Source of the DNA: Lama guanicoe
Lineage: Eukaryota
Reading direction: 5' to 3'
Length of the DNA stretch: 64,000 nt
Assembly: GCA_013239625.1 (NCBI GenBank)
Contig: MU054187.1
Location: 23,250,795-23,314,794, forward strand
Part shown: one piece after another, positions 25,256-37,794 of the stretch
Layout of the letters: each line of letters starts with the position of its first letter
Position numbering within the stretch: the first letter of the stretch is position 1
Translations under genes and position numbers: made by a program
Notes under the pieces: model-generated
What the model saw: only the letters and a program-made list of their open reading frames with translations
Database searches by the model: none
Told to the model about the DNA's origin: nothing

Positions 25256-27384
25256 TCAGTGCAGAGAGTGTTAGCCAAGTTAGACTGACACTTTGGATTC
25301 ACCTCTGGGAGATTAAACCATCCATAAGGTACGTTTATCTAGCAACAAAGTTTACCCAACTCTGGTAGTGAACCCATTAGGCATGCAATGAAACACCTCC
25401 AAAACTGTCATAAATGTTAAAAATGATGTCAGAAAAAGGTAAAATCATTTCTAACCAGAAAGAAAAACTGACATATGTAAAGAATTGATTTTATTCATTA
25501 TAGTATAAGGAAATAAGGCAGATATGATAACCAGTTCAAAGGAAAAGTCAGAACAGCATAAATTTATGGAGTAAATGGACATTGACTTTCATTACAAATG
25601 TGGATAAAATTGATGTTTTTTCACAGAGGGGAGGAAGTCATTTAAAATCACTACCAGATAGGAGAGAATTTACCTAAAACTTACAAAGAGTTACAAAATA
25701 TCTCAAAGGTAATGACCAGGGCAAGAATCTGACAAATTGAGAAAGGTAGACTACAGATGATACATAGTTTTCCATTAAAACAAAATTATTTTTCTATGAA
25801 AGCACTCCTATATTTTATACCGATAATGTCACTGCCAGAATGCAGTCAATATTGACTTGCAGAAGCATTTAAGGTGACTGTAATGTATAGCACTGCTTTG
25901 TTGTTTACACATTGTTTTAGATTTACCAAGTATTGAGAAGGTATCTTAGAAAACAGAGATTCACAGTTCCCACATCATCTTAAATTCTTCATATTGTAAG
26001 GCTTGGCATTTGTTATTAATGAACAAACAACAAAAATTGTTCTTTTTTATATTTTGTGAATTCCTAGGAGAGGGTCAGAAAAGATTCTTGTATACAAAAT
26101 ATTTACCAAGCCATCCCTTGCTCCAAGATAATGCAGACCCAAACACAGTATTATTAATCTTCCAAGCTCCACTTCAGTGCCTGCAGGGTATAGATCCTCC
26201 TCTCTTTGTGTGTCTCACTCTTGTTTAATATGCTGAAGATCAGAAATTATCTCCTGACTTCCAAGATTCCCAATCTGATCCAAACCTGCAGACTTTGTCC
26301 TTGTAAGTGTACTGTCCATAATTTAAAGGGCCCTCTCTTTTACTGACCTAATTCTACCTTATCAAGGTCCCTGTTCAATATAATGAGTTCCTACAATGTA
26401 TCTCCTATTTAATTTATCTATGCTTCTCTAGTTTATTGGAAACCAAAAGCATAATGGATGGGAACTCCAGACAGAGTGACCAGTGCACCAGAGGGCCACC
26501 TGGGGACAGTCACGCTAAAAGCATACTAGGTTGGGTGCTAACTACATTCTAGGAAAATAGCAGCATGGTGAGTAAGTTACTGGGGTAAAGCAGATCTCAG
26601 TCCCTTCAGCTGACTCCTGACCCTGGAAGACGGAGAAGGCCGTGACGTTTAGTTCTGGTGCTAAGCACTGCTGTTGGCTGCTTTTTATGAGCCTAAGAAT
26701 TTTCAGCTCCTAATATCCAAAATTTGGCAAGAATAATAACGTCTCTTTTATAACTGATGCAAGGGGTGAAAAAAAAAAAAGATGAAGATGCACCATTTGG
26801 TTTAGCTCCGCCTGTCTCTTGTTTTCATGACAGCTTATCAGGGAACCAGCCTGATACCCAGGTCGCCTGCAGCTTCTCCTCAGTCGGACCACAGGCTCTA
26901 TTGTATGTGCAGAACCTCCAGGTACACGTACCTGCAAATCAAGGATAAAGCACCATCTGCCCATTTGCAGGCTTTTGTTTTCCACAAAGGAAGCAGTGAC
27001 TTTTCTTCCTTTGCCCCCTTTTGTTATTCATATGTACGACTGGTGACAGCTTACTCGGGCTAATTCCAGGACACAGTGAAGCTGGTAAACAAAGGAAAGC
27101 ATTTCAAAACAATGGACCTAATTACTGCTTTTTCATCCTGAGAAGGTTTTTGTCTTTTCTCCACATATTTGTTAAAACGGCTTACAAAATCACTGTGACA
27201 TTTTAAAAATTATTTCTAACCTCTTATAAAATTAATGTATGTCTACTATAGTAAAAAAAAATTAGATAAAAGGGAAGTAAAAATGATTAACTGGGGTTTC
27301 TATACTAAAAATCAAATTAGGCCAAGCTGTTTATTTTTGTATCCTTTACAATATCATATTTTGGATGCATTCATTTTCTATGTT

Positions 27385-27560
27385 GTTTGAGGCACTTATC
27401 TAAGTATTTTATATACAGTTGCTCACATAATGCAATTATGAAATGTATACTATTATCATCTCCCTTTACACAAGACTACTGAGGCACAAATTCACACTGT
27501 TAGTGGTGGAGCTGTGATTTGACCACATTTTTAAGCCCTTCTCTAGGCCATGCCTATGTT
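27385..27560 (-). mobile_element. MIR SINE
   Basis: 'tactattatcatctccctttaca...actgaggcaca...agtggtggagctgtgatttga'. Confidence 0.6.
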
Positions 27561-28482
27561 ATCAAATGCATGCGCAAGATAATTTTAATGCATATGGTGT
27601 TCCCTGGTATGGCTATTTGAACCATTTCCCCATTATAAGACGTGGTAAACACTAGTTTACAAAATGAGGTGAATCTGTGTGACTCACACAAACTTAAAAA
27701 TAAATTTGATACGATTTTAACTCATTAAGGTGGAAATAAGGAGTGTTAAAACCACTTCAAAAGAGAAGGAGAGAGAGAAGAGAGATTTATAGAGCAGTAA
27801 TAATGAAATCAATGTGCAAAGAGGGACAAACCTAGTCTCTTTTGTGATGTAAGAGGAAAGTCAATTGAACCTGCAAAGGATAGTATTTACATATCTATAG
27901 ACAAAAATGATTCTGCATCACTATGAGTTATTTGTCTACAGACTTGAAAATATTTCTACCGGAATAAGATAACACTGGAAAGTATACTAGACAATCCATG
28001 ATTTTCCAACTTTTCTCTACAGACTCTTCAATTTTTTCCATTTTTTATTTTTACACATAATGCTTCAGTAAATAAGTTTTATACATTTTGTGCACACATG
28101 TATTAATTCCTTAGAATAAATTCCTACGTCTGAAACGGCTTTTCTTAAGTTACAGGTGCATGTTGTCAAAAGTCCTCCAACAAATGAAGCTGTGCTTTTT
28201 TCCCCACGTAGAAGACATTGAATATTAAATTCTCTGACTTTTTAATCGTCACCTTTTTATTCCATTTTAACAGCAACTGAAGGTGCATTTTATACATCAG
28301 AGGTGAATTAAAATTGTGGCATTTTGCAAACTGAAAACTTGAAAAACATTGCCTTGAGTAAAGTGACCTCCACTCAAGGCTTTAGATGAAATTTATCATA
28401 GAACCATGTTCTTAAGGAGTCTAATAAAAGGGCATTTAGTCCATCACATTATTTCTTTGACAAGAAAAATTGTGTGTAAATT

Positions 28483-28509
28483 ACACACACACACACACAC
28501 ACACACACA
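28483..28509. repeat. (AC)13 microsatellite
   Basis: Read directly. Confidence 0.95.
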
Positions 28510-28750
28510 AATATACACAGGAAATTCAAGAAGTAATCAAGATAAAAAGGAAAGGATAGTTTTATGAATGAATCAAGATGAATACTGACTACAAATAAGA
28601 ATTTCTTATGATGTTTAAAAAGTACTTAAAGGATTTAAAGTACATAGTAAAAAAATAGCACACAACTTAAAGGAGAAAAAAAGTGTTCTAATGTCTTGGC
28701 ACAACCAAAAATTTCTGAAAGAATATTCCAAGCCTCCTTGCAATATTATC

Positions 28751-29199
28751 TGCAATGGGTACATTGTGTCCTCAAAAAGATATGTTCAAGCCCTAACACC
28801 TGGTACCTGTAAAAGTGACCTTATTTGAAAATAAGGTGTTGGCAAATGTAATCAAGTTGAAATGACGTCACACTAGATGAGAGTAGGGTCTAATCCAATG
28901 ACTGGTATCATTAGAAGAGGGGAATTTGAGCATAGAGACGCAGGAAGGCTCCCATGTGATGATGGAGGCAAAGACTGGAATGATCCATCTAGGAGTAAAG
29001 GAATGCCAAGAGTTGCTGGCAACCATCAGATGCTAGGAGACAGGTCCGGAACAGATTCTCAGAACACCCAGAAGTATCATTCCTGCTGACACTTTGATTT
29101 TGGACTCTAGCCTCCAGAACTGTGAGAGAATAAATTCCTTCTGTTTTTAAACTACCCAGGTTGTGTACCTTACTACAGCAGCCCTAGTAAGCTGCTAAA
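28751..29199 (+). mobile_element. MLT1C-like solo LTR
   Basis: 'gatatgttcaagccctaac...gtgaccttatttgaaaataagg...tggactctagcctccagaactgtgagagaataaattc...acagcagccctag'. Confidence 0.9.
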
Positions 29200-29931
29200 G
29201 CATCTGGTCAAAAAATTCTAATATCCAAGCTAAATATCTCATATTTAACTCTCAGTAAAATTACAATAATCAATTTTTATGCCCTTTAAAACTGAATTTA
29301 TACTTTTCTATAAGGAAATATCCATTTTAACTCTTTTCATAGACAGTCTTACAGAATTTTGTTTTATTTTTGCTCCACTCTTTCAGTATTTCTTACGTTC
29401 TATATATCAGAGTGTGTGTGTTTGTGGATGTGTGTACATAATGTGCTTTTAAGTCTGTCCTAATCAGAAGTGCTCAAGTCAATCACAGGCTAAAGTCTCC
29501 TAATTTTTGGTTCTACCTAATAGAGTTATCCCATTACTTTTCTTCAAATCCTCTTAATATGTCTTCTAGGATGTAATCTCTATGGTCAAAGGAATTCAAA
29601 GATATTCATAAATCAGGAAGAATCCATAAAGCTGAGGTCTCATTTATGACACTATTCCTCCCACTCTTGATCCCGATTTATTTCTCATCAGTCAAACTGC
29701 TCAGATTTAGGGCATCAGCATTAGGTCCATAGCACAAGTGACAAAGGGTCCTCCACAATCAATCATACACTTTGAAATAATTTTCAAGTATGATCTGGCT
29801 GAATATATGGCTGACCATCAGCTCCAAAATAGAAGAACCATTTATTTTAAAAAGGATTCTGCCAAAAAAAAAAAAAAATGAAGGAATTAGCTGGGAACCA
29901 AGAAACTGACATCTTTACTTAGTAAGACTGC

Positions 29932-30638
29932 TGTCTTAGTCTGTTTCGGCAGCTGTAACAAAATGCCATAGACAGAGTGGCTTATAAACAACATAACCTC
30001 ACTTCTCACAATTCTGGAGACTAAGGATTCCAAGACCCAGGTGCCAGCGCGTTGGTAAGAGCCCATTCCTTGCTTCGTGGATGACTGTCTTCTTGCTGTG
30101 TCTTCACATGGCAGAACAATAAAGTTCTCTGAGGTCTCCTTTACAAGGACACCATTGACCTAAAACAGGCTGCCGGTTATTTCTTGAGTAAAGATGGGTT
30201 TATTTAGAATCAGCAGAGATGTAATTTGGAGTCTGCAAGCATGAGGCACCATGCGCAAGTTCTCTGCAGAGCAAGGGAAGGAGAACACTTGCAGAAGGGG
30301 AAAGGGAGCTGGGAGGGCTGTAGGAAACACAGAGTCCCTAGCTTTCTGTTGACTGAGTCTTACTTCACCAGGAGAGAAGAGGAGAATTTCTTCTTCCTTT
30401 TGGGTTCTGCTATTATCACAGATCAAGAGAGCTTCTCTGTCTGGTCCCCCAGCTCTATTTAATTGATGTTTCTGTTTACTAATTTTTTACAACACGAATC
30501 CCATTTGTGCGGGCTCCACCTTCAGGAGTGACACCTAGTCATCTCCCAAAATCTCCACATGTACTACTGTCACTTTGGGGATTAGGATTTCAACATATGA
30601 ATTTATGAATTGGGGGAGAGGGCATGTTCACTGTAACA
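29932..30638 (-). mobile_element. MLT1A-like solo LTR, split by a younger LTR
   Basis: 'tgtcttagtctgtttc...ggcttataaacaac' left half; 'aatcccatt...ggctccacc...ggattaggatttcaacatatgaattt' right half. Confidence 0.85.
30153..30491 (-). mobile_element. Solo LTR (ERV1-like) nested in MLT1A
   Basis: 4-bp TSD ACAC (30149-30152, 30492-30495); ends TTTACA; TTTATT near the left end; host MLT1A rejoins across it. Confidence 0.8.
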
Positions 30639-31490
30639 ATAATGGACACAACTGTACAGGAATTCAGACGTCCAACCAGTCACTAACAAGATTCTGTTAA
30701 GAATATTTATTGAATACCTAGAAAGAATATAGCATATGTAAAGCGATATATTTTATGTGCTCCTTTATTTATATGCCATACTTTGTGCTGCATCATGTTT
30801 CATGTTTTCTATAAAAGTACATTCTAATCACTTTGAGGCAGAAATAAAGACTACCACAGAACTTATCATGACACTGCTTGAAAAGGTAAATTGACACTTA
30901 GAGTTGGCATATTCAGTCAGTTTTTACTTCAATGCTTAGAAAGAATGGTGCGAATCTCTTTTCTTGTCACTGCATGCTATATCAGGAACAGCCAAATTGC
31001 TTGCATAAAGTTCAAACTAAATATAAAACCACTTTGTTCAGAATATGCCTTTACTCAGTGGTTAGGTGGCATTTTCTAAGTGAGCCTTCCAAACAGTACT
31101 TGGGAAATTTTCTCAAAAAGGTCATTTTCCACCACTTGAAAGGTCGTTTGATCTTGAGACTTTTTCCATGTCATACCCCTCAGGGCATCACTTACCTGCT
31201 ATAGGGCTTTCTGACTGCCACGTGAAAGAGATGGGTATAATTTATTTATTTTTTGTCAGTCTACATCTGCTCACTACTAAGGAGTGATTAGTAATGTAGA
31301 GTCATTTTTATATTGAAGGCATTATGAGGAAAAATAGTTAAAGTTGAGGTTGTTAAATTGCTGTAAGAGCACCTTTGATCCTATAATGGGTCTTCTTACT
31401 GTCCAACAGTCTTCCATTACAGGCGAGAATGATAAGGGATGATTAAGTTAGCATGAGTGCAAGAAACCAAAATGGTGCCAGTGTCTAGAG

Positions 31491-31711
31491 CAGTGATTCT
31501 CACCTTGGCTGCACATCAGAATCACCCAGGGACCAGAAATAGACACAACACTGTAAACTGACTACACTTCAATTAAAAAAAAAAAAAAGACCGATGTCTG
31601 TGTCCCACCCTTAGAAATTCTGACTTAATTGGTCTGGTAGGGGTCAGGGCAGTGGTAGTTTTTAAAGTTCCAGAGGTTATTCTAAAATGCATTGAGGTCT
31701 GAGACTCACTT
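31491..31711. mobile_element. MER5A hAT-Charlie MITE
   Basis: 'cagtgattctca...ggctgcacatcagaatcacc...attctgacttaattggtctgg...tgagactcact'; TCTAGA on both flanks (hAT target core). Confidence 0.85.
31532..31588 (+). mobile_element. ~57-bp L1 3' terminus inserted in MER5A
   Basis: 'accagaaatagacacaacactgtaaactgactacacttcaatt' plus A14 matches the L1 tails at 11.1 and 15.0 kb in this window. Confidence 0.8.
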
Positions 31712-31723
31712 TCTAGACTAGAA

Positions 31724-31905
31724 AAGTGATCAATAATCTTTTCTTGATCACGCGCATCTTTGAGAATTTGTTGAAAGCTATGCTTATCTCCTCTGAGATA
31801 ATACACAAAGTTCAGCGAGTTGATGGACACTCCCTCTTAAGTCATATCCATTAATGTGCTTTAAAAAATTGGCACATATTCAAGTCACCAATTAAGAATC
31901 TCTAG
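31724..31905. mobile_element. hAT-Charlie MITE (MER117-like)
   Basis: 'ctttgagaatttgttgaaagctatg' core and terminal 'ttaagaatctctag'. Confidence 0.5.
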
Positions 31906-32049
31906 TGTAGCAGAAAATTAAAAATGTAAAACCTAAAATTATAAGAAATTCTCTAGCATTGTACTGGATCCAATCAGAGCTAGAGCCTCTCAGTGACTTC
32001 ACAGGGGAAGGTTAATATGAAGAATAACTAAACTGATAAAATAGCTGTC

Positions 32050-32622
32050 AGGTACAGTGAAACTATATGACTTCCTAGTGCTGTTTAGTATATAAAGTAT
32101 ATAAAGGAGAACAAACATGGAAAGGGGATCCCTGCTGAGATCTGGGGTATTGACCTCAGTGGAGAAGGTTGAGTGGAACCCACTGGATGGCAGAGCCATT
32201 TGCTGGTTTGCCAGGCCAGGCCTGGTCTACAGTCTTGGAGCAAACAGGTTGCAACCTTTCCAACAACAGGCAGGATGGGGGAGCCATAGCTGATGATTGG
32301 GATGCCAGTGTGCAGTGGAAGTGGGAGCACCAGTGTGGGCTGGAAACCTAGCACACAGGGTGTTCACATGGGGACGGAAGTGAGAAGGGGATCACCAGGA
32401 CATCCTGGGGCTACACGGTGAATAGGGGGAGTGTGTATTCTGTGCATGAGGCAGACAGAACTACACCGTGTTTCCTCTCAGCTGTACCATCAATCTACTT
32501 TCTCACACCAAGACACCACAGGAGAAGCACTTCTTCCTGTGACTCCCCTCCAGTGCCCTCTCCTAAGAAAGCTTAAATTCTACTAGCTTTTAGGACAAAA
32601 CACTTAAAGGAATTCAGTCCAC
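32050..32622. mobile_element. Old ERVL-class LTR fragment (LTR41/LTR50-like)
   Basis: GC-richer block with 'cctccagtgccctctcc...aaagctta'; family uncertain. Confidence 0.35.
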
Positions 32623-33129
32623 TGTCAGCAATAAGGTCTCATGTTTCCCTCACCTTGACTAAACTTTGGATGGGTTTCTTCCTGACTATAAACCCCTGAT
32701 TTCAATTTTCTCAGAGCACTTATTTTAGAAAACTTGCAAATATATTTTTTTCTGCCCCTTTGATATGTTACTTTTCTCCCAGATTCTTGCCAGTTTGATA
32801 AGGCAGGGATGTCTTTTTCAAGGCCCCGGGAGCCATTCCTCTGAAATGTCATCTTCAAAAGAGACAGTGCCCCTATCTCCCCATCTCTGTGGCAGAGTAA
32901 GGGCCTAACTTTGATCAGCAAATTAGCAAACACATATGACCTAAACATGCTGACAACCTCTGCCCTAACTTTCCACCCAGTACTTCTCCAGGAGCTCTCC
33001 CAAGTGTCAAAAAACACTCCCAACTTCTGTTTCAACAGACTCAAATTCAGTCTCTCACCCGTGATGCAGTGGTCTTGAATGAAGTCCTCCTTGCCTGTTT
33101 AAACCATTTGACATAGTGTTTCTTTGATA
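32623..33129 (+). mobile_element. Solo LTR, ERV1 (MER67-group-like)
   Basis: TGTCA start, 'ccttgactaaacttt', 'gggagccattcctctgaaatg', 'ttagcaaacaca'; similar to the reverse-oriented copy at 46982-47546. Confidence 0.75.
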
Positions 33130-33323
33130 ATTATTACAGCATACGTATTAAAAAGTGGATTTGGACTTCAAAGGCAATACATTTCTAACTGATGCAAGTA
33201 TTCGCTTTCCTTGTACTTATTTGAAGGATACGTGATTTATTCCTTATAACTGATCATTTTTATCATGGATTGAAATGTACTGAGATACAGTGTTTGAAGA
33301 AATATTTCCAAAGAGCCCTTGAT

Positions 33324-35735
33324 CTTCCAGTGTTGTGTTGTGAAGCGATGCAAGTGGCCATCGAGGCTTCTTCCTGATCTTTGAGGAAAATATTTCGACT
33401 TTTCACCTTTGAGTATTAACTGTGGGCTTCTCATTTACGGACTTGATTATGCTGGGGTATATTCCTTCTATACTTCATTTGTTGAGAATTTTTATCATGA
33501 ATAAATGTTGAATTCAGTCCTAACCAAAGCAATTAAGGAAGAAAATAAAAGGCATCAAAATCAGAAGTAAAATTGTTTCTGCAGATAGCATGTCTTATCT
33601 ATAGAAAACTAAAGACTCCACCAAAAAAGTCTGTTAGAATCAATCTATGAGATCAGTAAAGTTGCAAGATAAAAAAATCATTGTACAAATATTAGTTCCA
33701 TGTTTGTATACTAAGAACAAACTATCAGAAAGAGAAATTTTTAAAAAATCCCATTCATACCCATTCATAATAATATCAAAAAGATTAAAATACTTAGAAA
33801 TGAACTTAACCAAGGAGGTGAAAGATCTGTACACTGAAAACTATAAAACACTAATAAAAAAAAATTTAAGAAGACACATATAAATGGAAAGATGTTCTGT
33901 ACTCTTGGATTGAATAATCAATATTGTGAAATAATCATATTACTTAAAGCAATCTACAGATTCAATGCGATCCTCATCAAATTCCAATGGCATTTTTCAA
34001 AGAAATGAACAAAATGATTCCAAAATGTATAGGAAACCAGAAAGACCCAGAATATCTAAGGGACTCTTAAGCAAGAAGAACAAAGCTGGGAGCATCACAC
34101 TTCTAGACTTCAAATTATGTTACAAACTAATAGAATCAAAAAAGAACATTACTGACATAAAAACAGGCACATAAACAAACGGGACAGAAGGCCCAGATAT
34201 AAACACATACGTAGATGGTCAACTAATCTTCCACAAGGACATCAAGGATGCAAAATGGGGAAAGGGGAGTCTGTGCTAAACTGTCAGGAAAGCTGATATC
34301 TACGTTCATATAAATGATACTGGACCCTTACCTGACATCATACACAGAACCAACCAAAACTGCACTGAAAACGTAAATCTAAGGAATGAGACCCCAAAAC
34401 TCCTAGCCAAAAAGTGGGAAAAGAGTAACTTGATAGCAATATTGAATGATTTTTTTGGGACAAACAAAGATGCAAGCAACAAAAATAAAAATTAACAAGT
34501 GGGATCTCGTCTAACTAAAAAGCTTTTGCACAACAAAGGCAACAATCAAACAATTAAAAGACAACCTATAGAATGGGAGAAAATATTTGTAAATCACATA
34601 CCTGATAGCTGATTAATATCCAAAATATATAAACAACTCATTACTCAGTAGCAAATAAGTAACCCAATTTTAAAAATGGACCAAGGACCTGAATAGACAT
34701 TTCTTCAAAGAAGACATAAAAATGGTGAACAGGTAACTGAAAATGTGCTTAATATAATTAATATAATTAATCACCAAGGAAACAAAACAAACTCACAATG
34801 ATATACCACTTCACAACAGTTAGAATGATTATTATCAAACAAACAAAAAAAAGATAACAAGTGTTGGTGAGGACCTGTTGAAAAGGGAACACTGGTACAC
34901 TGTTGATAGGAGTGCAAATTGCTGCAGTTTTTATGAAACAAAAATTGATGTTTCTCAAAAAATTAAAAATAGGATTACTATGTGATCCAGCAACCCCACT
35001 TCTGGGTATTTATCCAAAGGAACTGAAATCAGGATACATGCACTCCCATATTCACAATTGCCAATGTAAGTAAACAAATCCATCCATCCATTGTGGATGG
35101 ATGGGTGAATGGATAAACAAAAAGTGTATATATATATATATACACACACACAACGGAATATTTTTTATTTTTAAATAAATAGAAAATTCTGTGATTTTTG
35201 ACAACTTGGATGGAACTGGAGGACATTAAGGCCAAATGAAATAAGCCAGATACAAAAAAATAAACACTTCATCATCTCACTTATAGGTGGAGTCTCAAAA
35301 AGTCAGACTCATAGAAGCAGGGAGTAGAATGGTGGTCACCAGGAGCTGGTGGCAGGGGAGATGAGAAGATGATGCTCAAATGGTACAAAGTTTCAGTTAT
35401 GTCAGATAAACAAATTCTGAAGGTCTGTTCTACAGTCTAGGGCCTATAGCAACAATAGTGTTTTCTATACTTAAAATTTACTAAGCCTGTGGATCGGAAG
35501 GTCACTGTTCTTAACATACATGCAAAATAATAATAGTAGTAGTAATAATAATAACAACAATAATAATAATAAATAAAGGAGCAGGAGGAAACTTTGAGAG
35601 GTGAGAGATGTATATATGGCCTTAATGGTGATGGTTTTACTGATGTATACTTGCCTCCAAACTCACTGAGTTGCATACAATAAATGTGTTCAGCTTTTCA
35701 CATGTCAATGTTACCTCAATAAATTGGTCTAAAAC
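33324..35735 (+). mobile_element. L1 (L1MA10/L1MB-like 3' end) with 5' inversion (33324-33515 inverted)
   Basis: ORF2 peptides KYLEMNLTKEVKDLYTENYKTL and LLSKKNKAGSITLLDFKL on +, complete 3'UTR ending 'acctcaataaa'; the preceding ORF2 segment lies on minus. Confidence 0.92.
35527..35576. repeat. Compound (TAA/TAG/CAA)n microsatellite in the L1 3'UTR
   Basis: Read directly. Confidence 0.85.
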
Positions 35736-36186
35736 AAATGAATAACAAGACAAACAACCACGCTTCTCATGGAAGACAGAGTGCGGCGTCAATATTAAGC
35801 AAAACTGTGAAGGATGGGAGGTTCTGTAGCTTCTCCTTCTCCATATTAACATTTCTTCTTACCCAGAAGTTTTCTCCTTCTGCTCCTTCACTGCATGAAA
35901 GTCTGTATTCTGTCACTTCTGGAAGCATTCCTCTTGGCTTTTCTTTGTTTTCCCTTTGCTCCCAATCAAATCCTATCTGTTCTATGTGCCACTCTATCAG
36001 GACTTCACTAATTGGATATGCTATTTCTACCCAGGTGTTAATTGCTAAAATAATTATTTTCCTATTGGCATATTAATTTTAATTTGGTACATTGCCTTGA
36101 CACAAAGAATGAGTATGATGGGTATTTCAGATGCTGTTGGATGAGATATTGGGGAGCAATAAAACATACTTGGCAGATTTCAAATA

Positions 36187-36283
36187 AAACCATTAACTAT
36201 CTGCTTTATTAGGGAATCTCAAGCATTGAGTTCTAAACCATTAACTATCTGCTTTATTAGCGGGACCTCCAGCACTGAATTTT
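36187..36283. repeat. Tandem duplication, ~48-bp unit x2
   Basis: AAACCATTAACTATCTGCTTTATTAG identical at 36187 and 36235; distal halves diverged. Confidence 0.9.
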
Positions 36284-37794
36284 AAATCAAGTTTAATGAT
36301 ATGAAGAACAGTGATCTTGTCTCACCACCGGCCCAGCACTAAAATTTGCTTCTTCCCAAATGGTATTTCTGGATTCCCAAGAGTTGACAAAGTAATCCTG
36401 TGGAGGTCCTTGCATTAAATAAAAATATATCAACCTGCAACTCTAAGAAGCCACCTACACTGAGGTAATGCATGCCTGTGTTAAAGCTAAAGGTTAATAA
36501 CTAGGGGACCTGGAAAAGGTGTGCCTGTTTGGTGAGCTGAATGGAGTCAATCTGAAATTGACAGCAGAAGTGTTCTCAAACGTGCTTCAGCCAGCCTGTC
36601 AAATGTGACACACTGGCCTTTATATGTGGGCTACTCTATAGAATTAATAGCAGAAGCCAGATCAGCTGAAAGAGTAATTCAAAAGAACTGCCACTATTTC
36701 ACCCCAGCAAATGGTTATCTAAAAATGTCCAAGTAAAGAGAAATGTGCTCCTCTGTTACTGCTAAGAAAAATTACTCTTCCACATTTAAATATAATCAGC
36801 ACATACAATTTTTATTACTTCTCTTTTCAGATTGCATTCATATCTGATATACATCAGAAGCAATCCTAGAAGGGAATTCTTGCAATCAGGACCTTAATCA
36901 TGCATGTGAAGAACTTTCTAGATGAACTAATGAATAAATGGGTACAAAGACTGGTAATTAATTAGTTAAGTAATTAATTTTAGGGGAAAAAAAAGCCTTA
37001 CTGAAGAATTATTTAAGAAAACCCTTCTGAGTATCTTTAATATACCTTCACTCCAGGTTGAAGTAATTCCATATGATTTAGGGGGTCAGGTTTCTAATAG
37101 TAAATTCTTTATTTTATTCAGTTGGATTCCATGTTTTAACCGCCTCAACTCTTCTCACTTTCTCCAACGTACACCATCCCTCTAAACAGAAAGCATTTCT
37201 GCTTAACATCTGCGTTAACAAGAAAACTTGTGAAATACTTTAAAATGGGCAAAGACTATTACTGGATGTACTATATAGTTCACCTATTCAGTTTTCTCAA
37301 ACTTTCATTGTCCTTGGGCTGACTGACATCTCTGTGAGTGATAGAAAACCAGTAACGCAAATAGTCACTGTCTTTAGAAATACAAAACAATTAGGCCGGA
37401 TGGAATGCAACTGATGACTGCCTTGTGGGTAACTCAGATTTGCATCTGATTTTAAATTTGTAGCAACATTTATTATTTGTTAAGTGAGGGTAGTCTTTGT
37501 GTTCTTCCTTGGAAGAGTTGTAGCATTTTACCGATTCTTTCATTAATCGGTAGATTAAGTAAGTTTTTGAAATATGCTTATGCTATAATTATATGAGATT
37601 ATGATTTTTACCTTTGAATAAATTTATTCTTTAACATCCTCTTGCTCTCCCTCTGGTTCTGCAGCCCACTCCCCAGCACTGTGAGCCTATTAATCCTTTA
37701 GAGGATTCATTCTACCACTCTGCCACAATCCCAAAGGACCAAGACAGAATGCTACTGGATTTCATCTTTTTTTTTATTATTACATAATCATCCT

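Noticed and set aside
32625..33044. 139-aa minus-strand ORF, the longest in the window
   Set aside because: Lies entirely within a solo LTR; no recognisable domain
35437..35676. Tyr-rich ORF
   Set aside because: Antisense translation of the (TAA/TAG)n microsatellite in an L1 3'UTR
36187..36283. CRISPR-like repeat-spacer array
   Set aside because: Only two units, the 'spacers' are homologous to each other, and the context is mammalian
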